This document shows, in pieces, positions 51,208-60,221 of a stretch of 64,000 nucleotides of DNA (the first letter of the stretch is position 1; each line of letters begins with the position of its first letter). The notes under the pieces were generated by a model, which had not been told where the DNA came from, made no database searches, and saw nothing but the letters and a program-made list of their open reading frames with translations. Both the position numbers and the translations under genes were made by a program. This stretch comes from Candidatus Limnocylindria bacterium (GTDB lineage: Bacteria; Chloroflexota; Limnocylindria; P2-11E): assembly GCA_036570125.1 (NCBI GenBank), contig DATCPK010000155.1:2075-66074 (forward strand). The letters run 5' to 3'.

Positions 51208-52440
51208 TTAAAGGCGAACCAGCGGTCGCGGCAACGCAACGACATGCAGATGTGCCGCATCCGTGCGCAGGCGATCGAGCAGTCGATCCATCCCGACCGC
51301 GCTCTCCGCGGAAGGCGCGACCTGTAGCGCGCGCTGAGGATCCGCCGCGAGATCGCTGAGGATGAGCGAGCTCCCGGCGGGCAGATCGGCGGCGAGCTTA
51401 ATGAGAGCGTCGAGCTCGCCCACTCGATCGGTGAGACCGGGGAGGGTGAGCACGCGGAGGGCGACCGAGATCTTTCCCGCGATCGCATGCGCGAGCGATG
51501 CGCGGATATCTGCGAATCGGAAGCCGTCGGGCCGATGGATGATCTCGTATGTTTCCGCGCGCGCGGACACGACGCGCACGGCGACCGAGTCGAGACCCGC
51601 GTCGCACAACCTCCGCAGTCCGACGGGCGACGAGCCGTTCGTTTCCAGATGGATCGTCCCGAGTCGCGTGCGCTCGCGGATCGCGACGATCGCGTCCTCG
51701 ACCAGACGGATCGCGAGGAGCGGCTCGCCCTCACACGCGCGCCCGAATGCGACGACCGTTCCTCCACCTTCGAGATGCCGCGAAGCCGCATCGGCAAGCT
51801 CCAGGGCTGTTGGCCGGAAGGCGGCGGGTTCCGTCGGCGACGCGTCGGCATCGTCGTGCAGGACCAGCACCTCTGGTGGTCGCTCGTTCCGCGGCGCGGC
51901 GACCGGGAGCGCGCAATCGTGACGTCCGACAAAGGCGTTCGCGGCTGCGCGGCAGCGGTAGTCCTTCGCGCAGCGCGCGAGCTGCCGCAGCACGCGGCTC
52001 GATGGCCGTTCGCGCTGGATCGCCGTGATCCGCGCCGCGAGGTCCGGTGCCGACCTGCCGTCCATGGCTCCTGCCTCCGGGTCGAGCGCGACCGCCGAAA
52101 CAACGAGCTGCCCATTTGGATCGGCGCCGACGGCCGCATAGGCGCGCGGACGGAGCGGTGGCGCGCCGAGCTCATCGACGTACGCGGGCACGCTCATGCG
52201 GAGGTAGCCCATGGGAAGCACCGCCGCGACCCCGAAGCGGCCCTGGCCGAGCTCCCGGGCGCGGCCGGCGCGGTCCAGACCGATCCCCACGCGCCCAGAA
52301 AGATGGACGACGTCCGTCCCGGCGGGGAGCGGCAACGCCTCGACCAGCGGGTGGATCGCGCTGCCGTCGGACATGGCGGCCGCGTAATCAGCTGACACGA
52401 CGAGACGACCGGAACGATCGCTATGAACGGCGGAGAACAT
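51208..52440 (-). CDS. Radical-SAM-like protein lacking the canonical CxxxCxxC motif, with an uncharacterised N-terminal domain of about 150 aa
   Basis: Radical-SAM barrel hallmarks (VVAFGRACEGEPLL, IHLETNGS, LDSVAVRV), but the only nearby cysteines are C157-x5-C163-x12-C176 (CAKDYRCRAAANAFVGRHDC). Confidence 0.6.
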   Translation of the reverse strand: MFSAVHSDRSGRLVVSADYAAAMSDGSAIHPLVEALPLPAGTDVVHLSGRVGIGLDRAGRARELGQGRFGVAAVLPMGYLRMSVPAYVDELGAPPLRPRAYAAVGADPNGQLVVSAVALDPEAGAMDGRSAPDLAARITAIQRERPSSRVLRQLARCAKDYRCRAAANAFVGRHDCALPVAAPRNERPPEVLVLHDDADASPTEPAAFRPTALELADAASRHLEGGGTVVAFGRACEGEPLLAIRLVEDAIVAIRERTRLGTIHLETNGSSPVGLRRLCDAGLDSVAVRVVSARAETYEIIHRPDGFRFADIRASLAHAIAGKISVALRVLTLPGLTDRVGELDALIKLAADLPAGSSLILSDLAADPQRALQVAPSAESAVGMDRLLDRLRTDAAHLHVVALPRPLVRL

Positions 52441-52540
52441 GAGTCGGAGGATAGGTGTAGGTCGAGCGAGGAGCGGTTGATCCGCGACGAGCGAGTCCTT
52501 CAGCCCTGAGCGCGTCTCCGCGCAGCGAGATTGAGCAGGT

Positions 52541-53704
52541 CTAGAGGCTGAGGCAGCTCACGAACTGGTTTCCAAGCTTGCACTCCCAGTGGACGTGAGG
52601 CCCGGTGGTGACGCCGGTGAGGCCGATCGCCGCGAGGATCTGACCGCGCGCGACCTGCTGGCCGACGCTCACATACACGGCGCTCGTGTGGTAGTAGCAA
52701 GTCTCGAGGTCGCCCGCGTGCTGCACACAGACGCGCAGACCGCCGACCGCGACCCAGCCGGTCGCGGAGACGACCCCATCATCCGATGCGCCGATGCCGG
52801 TCCCATAGGGTGCCGCGAGGTCGACGCCGGTGTGCCCCGCCCAGAAGTACTGAGTGATCACGCCGGCCACCGGCCACGCCAGCCTGCCGGGCTTGGGCGG
52901 AGTAACGCTGACGGTCGGTCCGCGGAGCACCGAGACGCTGACCCGCTGCGGCTCCTGCAGCGCGGGGAGCGCGGCACCTCGCACGAAGACCTTCTGACCG
53001 GGTGCGCACTGCTCGGGCTCGAACGTGCAGCGGTTGTAGGTCAGGACGACCGAAGGGTCGACCTTGAAATGACTCGCGATCGACTCGACCGTGTCGCCGT
53101 CCTTGACGGTGTAGAGAGCGCCCTCGGCAGGAGGGATCAAAAGCTTCTGACCCATCCGAAGCGACTGGACGTCGTTGATGTCATTGGCATACGCGATCGC
53201 TTCGACCGACACGTCGTAGTAGTTGGCCATGGTCGCGAGCGTGTCGCCGTCGTGGATCGTGACCTCTTGCACCGGTCGCGAGCCCTCGGCGGCGACCGTC
53301 AGCGGGTTGCGGCCGACGGCGATGGCGCCGCCACGTGCGAGCGGCTGCGCCCGCGAAGCGTCGGCGCTGGCGACCGTCGTCGCGCCGACCGCGGGTATAG
53401 CGACCGTGCTCGCGCGCGATGCGGCCGTGGCCGCGAACGGGAGCGAGAGCACCAGCACCGCGACGGCCGTGTTGAGGGCGAGACGAAGGCCGCGAACCCC
53501 GACAAGACCCGCGAGGTAGCTGCTGGTCCCGTCGAGAGCGACGAACGAAACGTGACGAGCGCGCGCACCGAGCGCGACGGCTCCCAGAGAGACGAGGCGG
53601 GAATAGCGCTGAAGGATCCGTTTTGGGTTAGGCGTGGCCTGTGAACGTCGGCTCTGCTGTCCCAACCCCGGCGGTCCCTCCCAACTGCTAAATGCGGCCA
53701 CCAC
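52541..53704 (-). CDS. LysM-repeat M23 peptidase
   Basis: Two LysM repeats (TIHDGDTLATMANYYDVSVEAIAYAN, YTVKDGDTVESIASHFKVDPSVVLTYN) and M23 (HTGVDLAAP ... YYHTS ... GVTTGPHVHWE). The start codon is uncertain. Confidence 0.85.
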   Translation of the reverse strand: MVAAFSSWEGPPGLGQQSRRSQATPNPKRILQRYSRLVSLGAVALGARARHVSFVALDGTSSYLAGLVGVRGLRLALNTAVAVLVLSLPFAATAASRASTVAIPAVGATTVASADASRAQPLARGGAIAVGRNPLTVAAEGSRPVQEVTIHDGDTLATMANYYDVSVEAIAYANDINDVQSLRMGQKLLIPPAEGALYTVKDGDTVESIASHFKVDPSVVLTYNRCTFEPEQCAPGQKVFVRGAALPALQEPQRVSVSVLRGPTVSVTPPKPGRLAWPVAGVITQYFWAGHTGVDLAAPYGTGIGASDDGVVSATGWVAVGGLRVCVQHAGDLETCYYHTSAVYVSVGQQVARGQILAAIGLTGVTTGPHVHWECKLGNQFVSCLSL

Positions 53705-53760
53705 TGGCCGGTGTGCGTCTGTCCCGTGCCTTTCCTCATCACATCGGTCTCTTCGACCGA

Positions 53761-53811
53761 CCTCCCAAGCCGCGCATATGTACGAATTTCGTACTCAGCG
53801 TGCTGGGGAGG
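53761..53811 (-). promoter_or_regulatory. Structured 5' leader of the LysM-M23 gene: 10-bp outer stem enclosing the palindrome GTACGAA-A-TTCGTAC
   Basis: On the minus strand CCTCCCCAGC pairs with GCTTGGGAGG (9 of 10). The central palindrome lies at 53780..53794. Confidence 0.4.
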
Positions 53812-53816
53812 TCTGC

Positions 53817-53846
53817 ACCGTAACCCCGGTCCAACAGATGTGTCAA
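53817..53846 (-). promoter_or_regulatory. Putative promoter TTGACA-N18-TACGGT for the LysM-M23 gene
   Basis: The minus strand has TTGACA (53846..53841) and TACGGT (53822..53817). Confidence 0.4.
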
Positions 53847-53941
53847 CCGTGCAACGCGGTAGCACCAAGCAAGGCATTGGTGGAAATTCGGTGTCGCCAC
53901 CCGGTTTGCTCGCATGAGTACCCCTACGTAGGCTTCTTTCG

Positions 53942-54307
53942 GTGCCCGACTACAGCCTTTCGTACGTTTACGTCTTCGCGTTCTTCGTGGTCGGGGCGAT
54001 CTTCGTCACTGTCCTGCTAACGCTCTCGCGCCTCGTCGCGCCGCGAAAGGCCACCAAAGAAAAGCTCCGCACATACGAGTCGGGCGAGGAGCCGATCGGT
54101 CAGGCCTGGGGGAGATATCCGACGCACTTCTACGTTTTCGCATTGCTCTTCGTCGTGTTCGATGTAGAAGTGATCTTTCTCTTCCCGTGGGCGGTGCTCT
54201 TCCGATCGCTCGGCGTCGGCGGCCTCATCGAGGTGATCGTGTTCATCGCCATCCTTGTGGTCGGGCTCTACTACGCATGGAAGAAGGACGCACTGAATTG
54301 GTACTGA
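53942..54307 (+). CDS. nuoA: NADH-quinone oxidoreductase subunit A
   Basis: 121 aa, 3 TM, with YESGEEPIG and FDVEVIFLFPW. Confidence 0.9.
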   Translation: MPDYSLSYVYVFAFFVVGAIFVTVLLTLSRLVAPRKATKEKLRTYESGEEPIGQAWGRYPTHFYVFALLFVVFDVEVIFLFPWAVLFRSLGVGGLIEVIVFIAILVVGLYYAWKKDALNWY

Positions 54308-54786
54308 GCGCGCCGCGCCCGACGATCGATCTTGGCGACCTTCGCTCGTATGTCGCGTCGCGTCTCGGCGAGAAGGCTCGCGTGTCGATGCTGCACGACA
54401 TGCTCGTGCTCGACGTCGATCGTGAGCGACTGGTGGAGGTGGCGACGTTCGTTCGCGACGATCCGCGTACTCGTTGCGATCTCTACTCTGTCAACGCCGG
54501 GGTCGATACCGGCGCGGAGCTCCGCTCGGTGACGTTCGTTCGCGGAACCGGCACGAAGCTCACGGTCATGCTGCGGACGTCGTGCACCGAGCTCGACCCG
54601 CACATCCCAACGCTCGCACCGGTGTGGGCAGGTGCGAACTGGTGCGAGCGTGAGACATACGACATGTTCGGGATCGAGTTCGACGGGCATCCCGACCTCC
54701 GTCGCATCTTCCTCGAGGAGAGCTTCCCCGGGCATCCGCTTCGCAAGTCGTTCCTGCCGCCGCGCAGCGACGCGCGGGGAGGCTGA
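54298..54786 (+). CDS. nuoC: NADH-quinone oxidoreductase subunit C (30-kDa subunit)
   Basis: ANWCERETYDMFGIEFDGHPDLRRIFLEESFPGHPLRKSF. The TTG start at 54298 overlaps the nuoA stop. There is no nuoB between A and C and no nuoD after C. Confidence 0.85.
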   Translation: MVLSAPRPTIDLGDLRSYVASRLGEKARVSMLHDMLVLDVDRERLVEVATFVRDDPRTRCDLYSVNAGVDTGAELRSVTFVRGTGTKLTVMLRTSCTELDPHIPTLAPVWAGANWCERETYDMFGIEFDGHPDLRRIFLEESFPGHPLRKSFLPPRSDARGG

Positions 54787-54788
54787 AC

Positions 54789-55940
54789 GTGGCCGTCGGT
54801 CCCTTCGGCATCGATCCGTTCATCTGGGCGCCGCTGCGCCTCGTCATCGCCGTGGGCCTCGCTCTGTTCCTCGTATTGAACGGTGCGCTCCTGCAGATCT
54901 ATCTCGAGCGAAAGATCCAGGCGATCATCCAGGACCGCCTCGGCCCGTATCACGTCGGCCCGTTCGGCCTGCTTCAAACATTCGCGGACGCCCTCAAGCT
55001 GATCTCGAAAGAAGATGTCCGCGCGGCGGCGACCGATGGCTGGTTCTTCGTCGCGGCGCCGGCGCTCGTGTTCTGTCCGATGCTCGCGTCGTGGGCCGTG
55101 CTGCCGTTCGCTCAGGACATCGTCGGCACGAACCTCAATATCGGGCTCCTCTATCTGACGACGCTCGGGTCCATGACCGTGCTCGGGATCGTCATCGCGG
55201 GCTGGGCGTCGAACAACAAGTACGCGCTCGTCGGCGGCCTTCGCTCCGCGGGTCAGCTGATCTCGTACGAGATCCCGCAGATCCTGGCGCTCGTCTCGGT
55301 GGCGCTCGTCGTCGGCTCGCTCTCGATGATCGACATCACGCGTTCGCAGACGGGACCGTTCGTGAACGTGCTGGTCCTACCGTTCTCGTTCCTGATCTAT
55401 TTCATCGCGGCCCTCGCCGAGACCAACCGCACGCCGTTCGATCTTCCCGAGGCCGAGTCGGAGCTCGTCGCCGGCTGGCTCACCGAGTACTCGGGCATGC
55501 GCTGGGGCACGATGCTGGCGCTCTCCGAATACGGCAACGTGACCGTCGTCTGCGGGATCATCACGACACTGTGGTTCGGGGGATGGCAGGGGCCGGGCGT
55601 GGACGCGTTTCCGCTCCTCGGCGTTCTCTGGTTCACGCTGAAGGTGTACGCGTTCATCGTGGTGATGATGTGGATCCGCGCGACCCTGCCGCGTCTTCGG
55701 ATCGACCAGCTCATGAGCTTCTGCTGGAAAGGCCTCATTCCGATGGCCCTCGTGAACATCGTCCTGGTAGCGATCCTCGCCCTCGCGTTCCCGAACTCCC
55801 TCGTGCCGATCGCGATCGCGAACTGGGCCCTCGTGGTCGTGTTCATCGCGGGAATCCCGTTCGTGCAACGCCGGCGTCTTGCGACTCTGCGCGCCCGAGC
55901 CCGCTTGTCGGCGGCACCGGCGGTCCGCGCGGCCAGCTGA
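54789..55940 (+). CDS. nuoH: NADH-quinone oxidoreductase subunit H
   Basis: DRLGPYHVGPFGLLQTFADALKLISKEDV, and AETNRTPFDLPEAESELVAG. Confidence 0.93.
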   Translation: MAVGPFGIDPFIWAPLRLVIAVGLALFLVLNGALLQIYLERKIQAIIQDRLGPYHVGPFGLLQTFADALKLISKEDVRAAATDGWFFVAAPALVFCPMLASWAVLPFAQDIVGTNLNIGLLYLTTLGSMTVLGIVIAGWASNNKYALVGGLRSAGQLISYEIPQILALVSVALVVGSLSMIDITRSQTGPFVNVLVLPFSFLIYFIAALAETNRTPFDLPEAESELVAGWLTEYSGMRWGTMLALSEYGNVTVVCGIITTLWFGGWQGPGVDAFPLLGVLWFTLKVYAFIVVMMWIRATLPRLRIDQLMSFCWKGLIPMALVNIVLVAILALAFPNSLVPIAIANWALVVVFIAGIPFVQRRRLATLRARARLSAAPAVRAAS

Positions 55941-55944
55941 CGAG

Positions 55945-56475
55945 GTGACGTTCGACTTCGTCGAGCCCGCGGTCTTCGCCCTCCTGTCGATCGGGGTGAT
56001 CGCCGGTGGCGTGGCGGTCGTGATGCTGAACCGGATCACGGCGGCCGCGTTGCTCATGGCGTTCACGTTCCTCTGCATGGCCGGGATGTTCGTGCTGCTC
56101 GGCGCGGAGACGATCGCCGCGTTCCAGGTGCTCATCTACGTCGGCGCGATCACGGTCCTGATCCTCTATGGAGTCATGTTCACGAAGGTCAGCGACAGTC
56201 CGCGCGCGCTCTTCTTCCAAAGACAGACACCGCTCGCGGCTGTCTTCGTGGCCGCCGTCGCGGTGCCCATCGTCATCGTAGGATCGATCTCGTTCACGGG
56301 CGCACCGCCGCGGCCGGGCGGCGGCGATCTGACGGCGCTCGCGACGAGCGTGTTCACCGATTTCGCTTTTCCCTTCGAGATCGCGTCGGTGCTCCTGCTC
56401 GCAGCTATGGTCGGCGCGATCGTCCTGACCAGGCGCGACGATCCAGATGAGGCCGCGATGCGGCGTCGGCGATGA
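55945..56475 (+). CDS. nuoJ: NADH-quinone oxidoreductase subunit J
   Basis: 176 aa with VLIYVGAITVLILYGVM. The GTG start lies 4 nt after the nuoH stop, leaving no room for nuoI. Confidence 0.85.
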   Translation: MTFDFVEPAVFALLSIGVIAGGVAVVMLNRITAAALLMAFTFLCMAGMFVLLGAETIAAFQVLIYVGAITVLILYGVMFTKVSDSPRALFFQRQTPLAAVFVAAVAVPIVIVGSISFTGAPPRPGGGDLTALATSVFTDFAFPFEIASVLLLAAMVGAIVLTRRDDPDEAAMRRRR

Positions 56476-56783
56476 CGGTCCCTCTCGGCGCGTACATCGC
56501 CGTGTCCGCGGTGCTGTTCTTCACCGGATGCGCGGGCGTCCTCGTCCGGCGCAACGCGGTGGTCATCCTCATGTGCGTCGAGCTGATGCTGAACGCGGCC
56601 AACCTCGCGCTGGTCGCCTTCTCGCGAAAGTACGGGTCGATCGACGAGCGCGGCAGCGTCTTCGTCATCTTCGTGTTCGTGATCGCGGCCGCCGAGGTCG
56701 CGGTAGGCCTCGGGATCATCCTCTCGGCGTATCGCAACCGGCCGGTCGTGGATGTCGACGAGATCCACCAAATGAAAGGATGA
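56472..56783 (+). CDS. nuoK: NADH-quinone oxidoreductase subunit K
   Basis: 103 aa, 3 TM, with LMCVELMLNAANLALVAFS and AAAEVAVGLGI. Confidence 0.92.
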   Translation: MTVPLGAYIAVSAVLFFTGCAGVLVRRNAVVILMCVELMLNAANLALVAFSRKYGSIDERGSVFVIFVFVIAAAEVAVGLGIILSAYRNRPVVDVDEIHQMKG

Positions 56784-56787
56784 GCCA

Positions 56788-58695
56788 GTGATTTCGCTGG
56801 TCTGGCTCATCCCGGCCTTGCCGCTGGCCGCGTTCCTGATCAACGGTCTCTTCGGACGTCGTTGGCTCGGCCACCTCACCGGGCTCATCGCCACCGCCGC
56901 GGTCGGCCTCTCCGCGCTGCTCTCGATAGGGGTCTTCCTCGAAGTGCTCGGTGGAAAGACGCAGACAGTCGTGTCGCTCTACCGGTGGATCGCGGTGGGC
57001 GACTTCTCCGTGAACGTGTCGGCGCTGATCGACCCGCTCTCGTCGGTGATGCTCCTCGTGGTCACCGTCGTCTCGTTCCTGATCTTCGTGTACTCGAACG
57101 GGTACATGGAGCACGACGCCGGTTTCTACCGCTTCTTCACGTGGCTCTCGCTCTTCGTCTTCGCGATGCTGATCCTCGTCATGGCCGACAACTACCTCCT
57201 GATGTTCGTCGGGTGGGAGGGCGTCGGCCTCTGCAGCTACCTACTGATCGGCTTCTGGTTCGAACGGCCCGAGCCCTACTACGCCGCGAAGAAAGCTTTC
57301 GTGATGAACCGCATCGGAGACTGGGGCTACACGATCGGGATCATCACCATCTTCCTCGTCTTCGGTTCGATGAACTTCCTCGATGTCTTCAAGCGGCTCG
57401 AGGAGAGCGCCCCGGCCCAGGCCACCCTGACGCTCATCTGCATCGCGCTCTTCTTCGGCGCGACCGGGAAATCCGCACAGCTGCCCCTGTACTCCTGGCT
57501 GCCCGACGCGATGGAAGGACCGACGCCCGTCTCCGCGCTCATCCACGCGGCGACGATGGTCACCTCAGGCGTGTACCTCGTGGCCCGCTCGATGCCGCTC
57601 TTCGAGGTCGCAGGGCCATCGCTCCAGGTGGTCGGCGTCGTGGGCGCGATCACCGCGATCTTCGCGGCGACGATCGCCCTCGTCCAGTTCGACATCAAAC
57701 GGGTCATGGCGTACTCGACCGTGAGCCAGCTCGGCTACATGTTCCTCGCGCTCGGCGTCGGTGCCCCGGTCGCCGCCATCTTCCACCTCGCGACGCACGC
57801 CTTCTTCAAGGCACTCCTCTTCCTCGGATCCGGCTCGGTGATCCACGGCCTCGGGGGAGAGCAGGACATGCGCAAGATGGGCGGGCTGCGCCGCAAGATG
57901 CCGGTCACGTTCTGGACGATGCTGATCGCGGGTGGCGCGCTCGCCGCGCTGCCCCCTCTCGCGGGCTTTTGGTCGAAGGACGAGATACTCGGCGCCGCAT
58001 TCACCAACGGGCACCTGATCCTCTACGCGGTCGGGATCATCACTGCGATCCTCACCGCGTTCTACGTGACGCGCGCGCTCTGGATGACCTTCTACGGAGA
58101 GCCGCGCGATCACCATCTCTACGACCACGCGCACGAATCCCCGCGCGTCATGACGCTCCCTTTGATCGCACTCGCTGCGGGCTCGGCGGTCCTCGGCATC
58201 GTTGTCGGCTTCCCGCCCGAGCAGGGCTTCATCCATAGGTACCTCGCGCCGGTCGTCGAGGCCGCCGGCGTCGCCGAGCACGCACCCGAGATCGCGACGA
58301 TCGTTGCGTTGGCCATCGTGTCCGTGCTCGCGGGGGTCATCGGGATAGCCGTCGGGGTCTCGATGTACGTGCGTCACCGCCCGGACCCTGCGGCGCTCAC
58401 GCGTGCCGCGGGCCCGGTGTATCGAGTCCTCGTGAACAAGTACTACATCGACGAGCTCTACGACCACCGGTTCGTCGAGGCGGCGCGCGCATTCGCCGGC
58501 GCGTCGTGGGCCTTCGACATCCACATCATCGACGGGCTCGCGAACCGGCTGGGCTGGGCGTTCGCAATGGGCGGCCAGGGCCTTCGCCGCGTGCAGACCG
58601 GGATCGTCGGCAATTACGCGCTCACGATCGTCGCCGGACTTCTTCTGGTGCTCGTCGCCTACGGCGGCTACGCCACGGGGATCCTCGGCCGATGA
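56788..58695 (+). CDS. nuoL: NADH-quinone oxidoreductase subunit L
   Basis: 635 aa antiporter-like subunit with GWEGVGLCSYLLIGFW and GKSAQLPLYSWLPDAMEGPTPVSALIHAATMV. Confidence 0.93.
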   Translation: MISLVWLIPALPLAAFLINGLFGRRWLGHLTGLIATAAVGLSALLSIGVFLEVLGGKTQTVVSLYRWIAVGDFSVNVSALIDPLSSVMLLVVTVVSFLIFVYSNGYMEHDAGFYRFFTWLSLFVFAMLILVMADNYLLMFVGWEGVGLCSYLLIGFWFERPEPYYAAKKAFVMNRIGDWGYTIGIITIFLVFGSMNFLDVFKRLEESAPAQATLTLICIALFFGATGKSAQLPLYSWLPDAMEGPTPVSALIHAATMVTSGVYLVARSMPLFEVAGPSLQVVGVVGAITAIFAATIALVQFDIKRVMAYSTVSQLGYMFLALGVGAPVAAIFHLATHAFFKALLFLGSGSVIHGLGGEQDMRKMGGLRRKMPVTFWTMLIAGGALAALPPLAGFWSKDEILGAAFTNGHLILYAVGIITAILTAFYVTRALWMTFYGEPRDHHLYDHAHESPRVMTLPLIALAAGSAVLGIVVGFPPEQGFIHRYLAPVVEAAGVAEHAPEIATIVALAIVSVLAGVIGIAVGVSMYVRHRPDPAALTRAAGPVYRVLVNKYYIDELYDHRFVEAARAFAGASWAFDIHIIDGLANRLGWAFAMGGQGLRRVQTGIVGNYALTIVAGLLLVLVAYGGYATGILGR

Positions 58696-60221
58696 CGAAC
58701 GTGCTTTCTCTCCTCATCGTCATCCCGATCGCGGGCCTCATCCCGCTCTTCCTCTTCCGTCGCGACGAGCGCGCCGCGAAGCAGGTCGCGATCACGACGA
58801 CGTTCGTGGAGCTCGTGGTCTCGCTCTGGATGCTCAAGCAGTTCGTGGTCGGGGAGGCCGGATTCCAGCTCGTCGAGCGTGTCGATTGGCTGCCGAGCCT
58901 CGGCATCAGGTACCTCGTCGGCGTGGACGGCATCTCCGTTCTGCTCGTCCCGATGACCACGCTCCTCACCTTCATCTCGGTCTTGTACTCGAGTGGAGGC
59001 GCGATCAAGACACGGATCGTCGAATACATGACCGCGTTCCTGCTGCTCGAGGTCGGCATGGTCGGCGTGTTCGTCGCGCTCGACCTGTTCCTCTTCTACA
59101 TCTTCTTCGAGCTGATGCTCGTGCCGATGTATCTGATCATCGGAATCTGGGGCGGTCCGCGGCGGATCTACGCAACGCTCAAGTTCGTGATCTTCACGCT
59201 CGCGGGCTCGCTGCTGATGCTCGTGGGCATCGTCGCGGTGTACATCGCATCCGCGGATGCCACCGGCACGCGGACGCTCTCCCTCCCCGACCTCATCGAG
59301 CTGCGCGGCCGCTTTCCGGCGGACTTCCAGTTCTGGGTGTTCCTCGCCTTCGCGCTGGCGTTCGCGATCAAGATGCCGATGGTCCCGTTCCACACGTGGC
59401 TACCGGACGCGCACGTCGAGGCGCCCACGGCAGGATCGATCGTCCTCGCCGGCGTCCTGCTGAAGGCCGGCGGCTACGGCTTCCTGCGCTTCGGCCTGCC
59501 GCTCTTCCCGCTCGGCGTCCAAGCCTGGCTGCCGGTGCTCATCGTTCTCTCGGTCATCGCGATCCTCTACGGAGCGATCGTCTCCGCGGTGCAGAAGGAC
59601 CTCAAGAAGCTCGTCGCGTACTCGTCGGTGGCGCATATGGGTTTCGTCACGCTCGGGATCTTCGTGCTGAATATTCAGGGCGGCGTCGGCGCGGTGCTGC
59701 AGATGCTCAACCACGGCTTCGTCACGGGAGCGCTCTTCCTCTTCGTCGGTATCCAATACGAGAAGACGCATCGCCGGATGATCGCGGACCTGGGCGGTCT
59801 CGCGAACATGTGGCCGCTGTTCACCGCCTTCTTCGGCGTGTTCGTCTTCGCCTCGGTGGGGCTGCCGGGCCTGAATGGCTTCGTCGGGGAGTTCCTGGTC
59901 CTACTTGGGACATTCGCCTTCTCGGGCGCGCCGCCCCTGGGCGGGCTCTTCTGGGGACCGCTCGCCGCGATCGGCGTGATCTTCGCCGCGGTCTACCTCC
60001 TCTGGATGTTCCAGCGGGTGATGTACGGCCCGGTGCGTGAGGCGTACCGGGCGCTGCCCGATCTCTCACGCCTCGAGATCATCTGCGCGTTGCCGCTCCT
60101 GGTGCTCACCGTGCTGCTCGGGGTGCTTCCGCAGCCGTTCATCGCCTACATCGAGCCGTCGCTCGATCGGGTCATCCGTCTCGCGACGGACCCGTCGTTC
60201 GTGGTGGCGGCCTTCAAATGA
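58692..60221 (+). CDS. nuoM: NADH-quinone oxidoreductase subunit M
   Basis: ATGA overlap with nuoL. FAIKMPMVPFHTWLPDAHVEAPTAGSIVLAGVLLK. Confidence 0.92.
   Translation: MTNVLSLLIVIPIAGLIPLFLFRRDERAAKQVAITTTFVELVVSLWMLKQFVVGEAGFQLVERVDWLPSLGIRYLVGVDGISVLLVPMTTLLTFISVLYSSGGAIKTRIVEYMTAFLLLEVGMVGVFVALDLFLFYIFFELMLVPMYLIIGIWGGPRRIYATLKFVIFTLAGSLLMLVGIVAVYIASADATGTRTLSLPDLIELRGRFPADFQFWVFLAFALAFAIKMPMVPFHTWLPDAHVEAPTAGSIVLAGVLLKAGGYGFLRFGLPLFPLGVQAWLPVLIVLSVIAILYGAIVSAVQKDLKKLVAYSSVAHMGFVTLGIFVLNIQGGVGAVLQMLNHGFVTGALFLFVGIQYEKTHRRMIADLGGLANMWPLFTAFFGVFVFASVGLPGLNGFVGEFLVLLGTFAFSGAPPLGGLFWGPLAAIGVIFAAVYLLWMFQRVMYGPVREAYRALPDLSRLEIICALPLLVLTVLLGVLPQPFIAYIEPSLDRVIRLATDPSFVVAAFK

Noticed and set aside
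53705-53941. c-di-AMP (ydaO-type) riboswitch upstream of the LysM-M23 hydrolase
   Set aside because: The conserved ydaO elements I remember (GGGGACCCA, ACAGCUAACC and similar) are not present. Only a generic hairpin and palindrome are seen.
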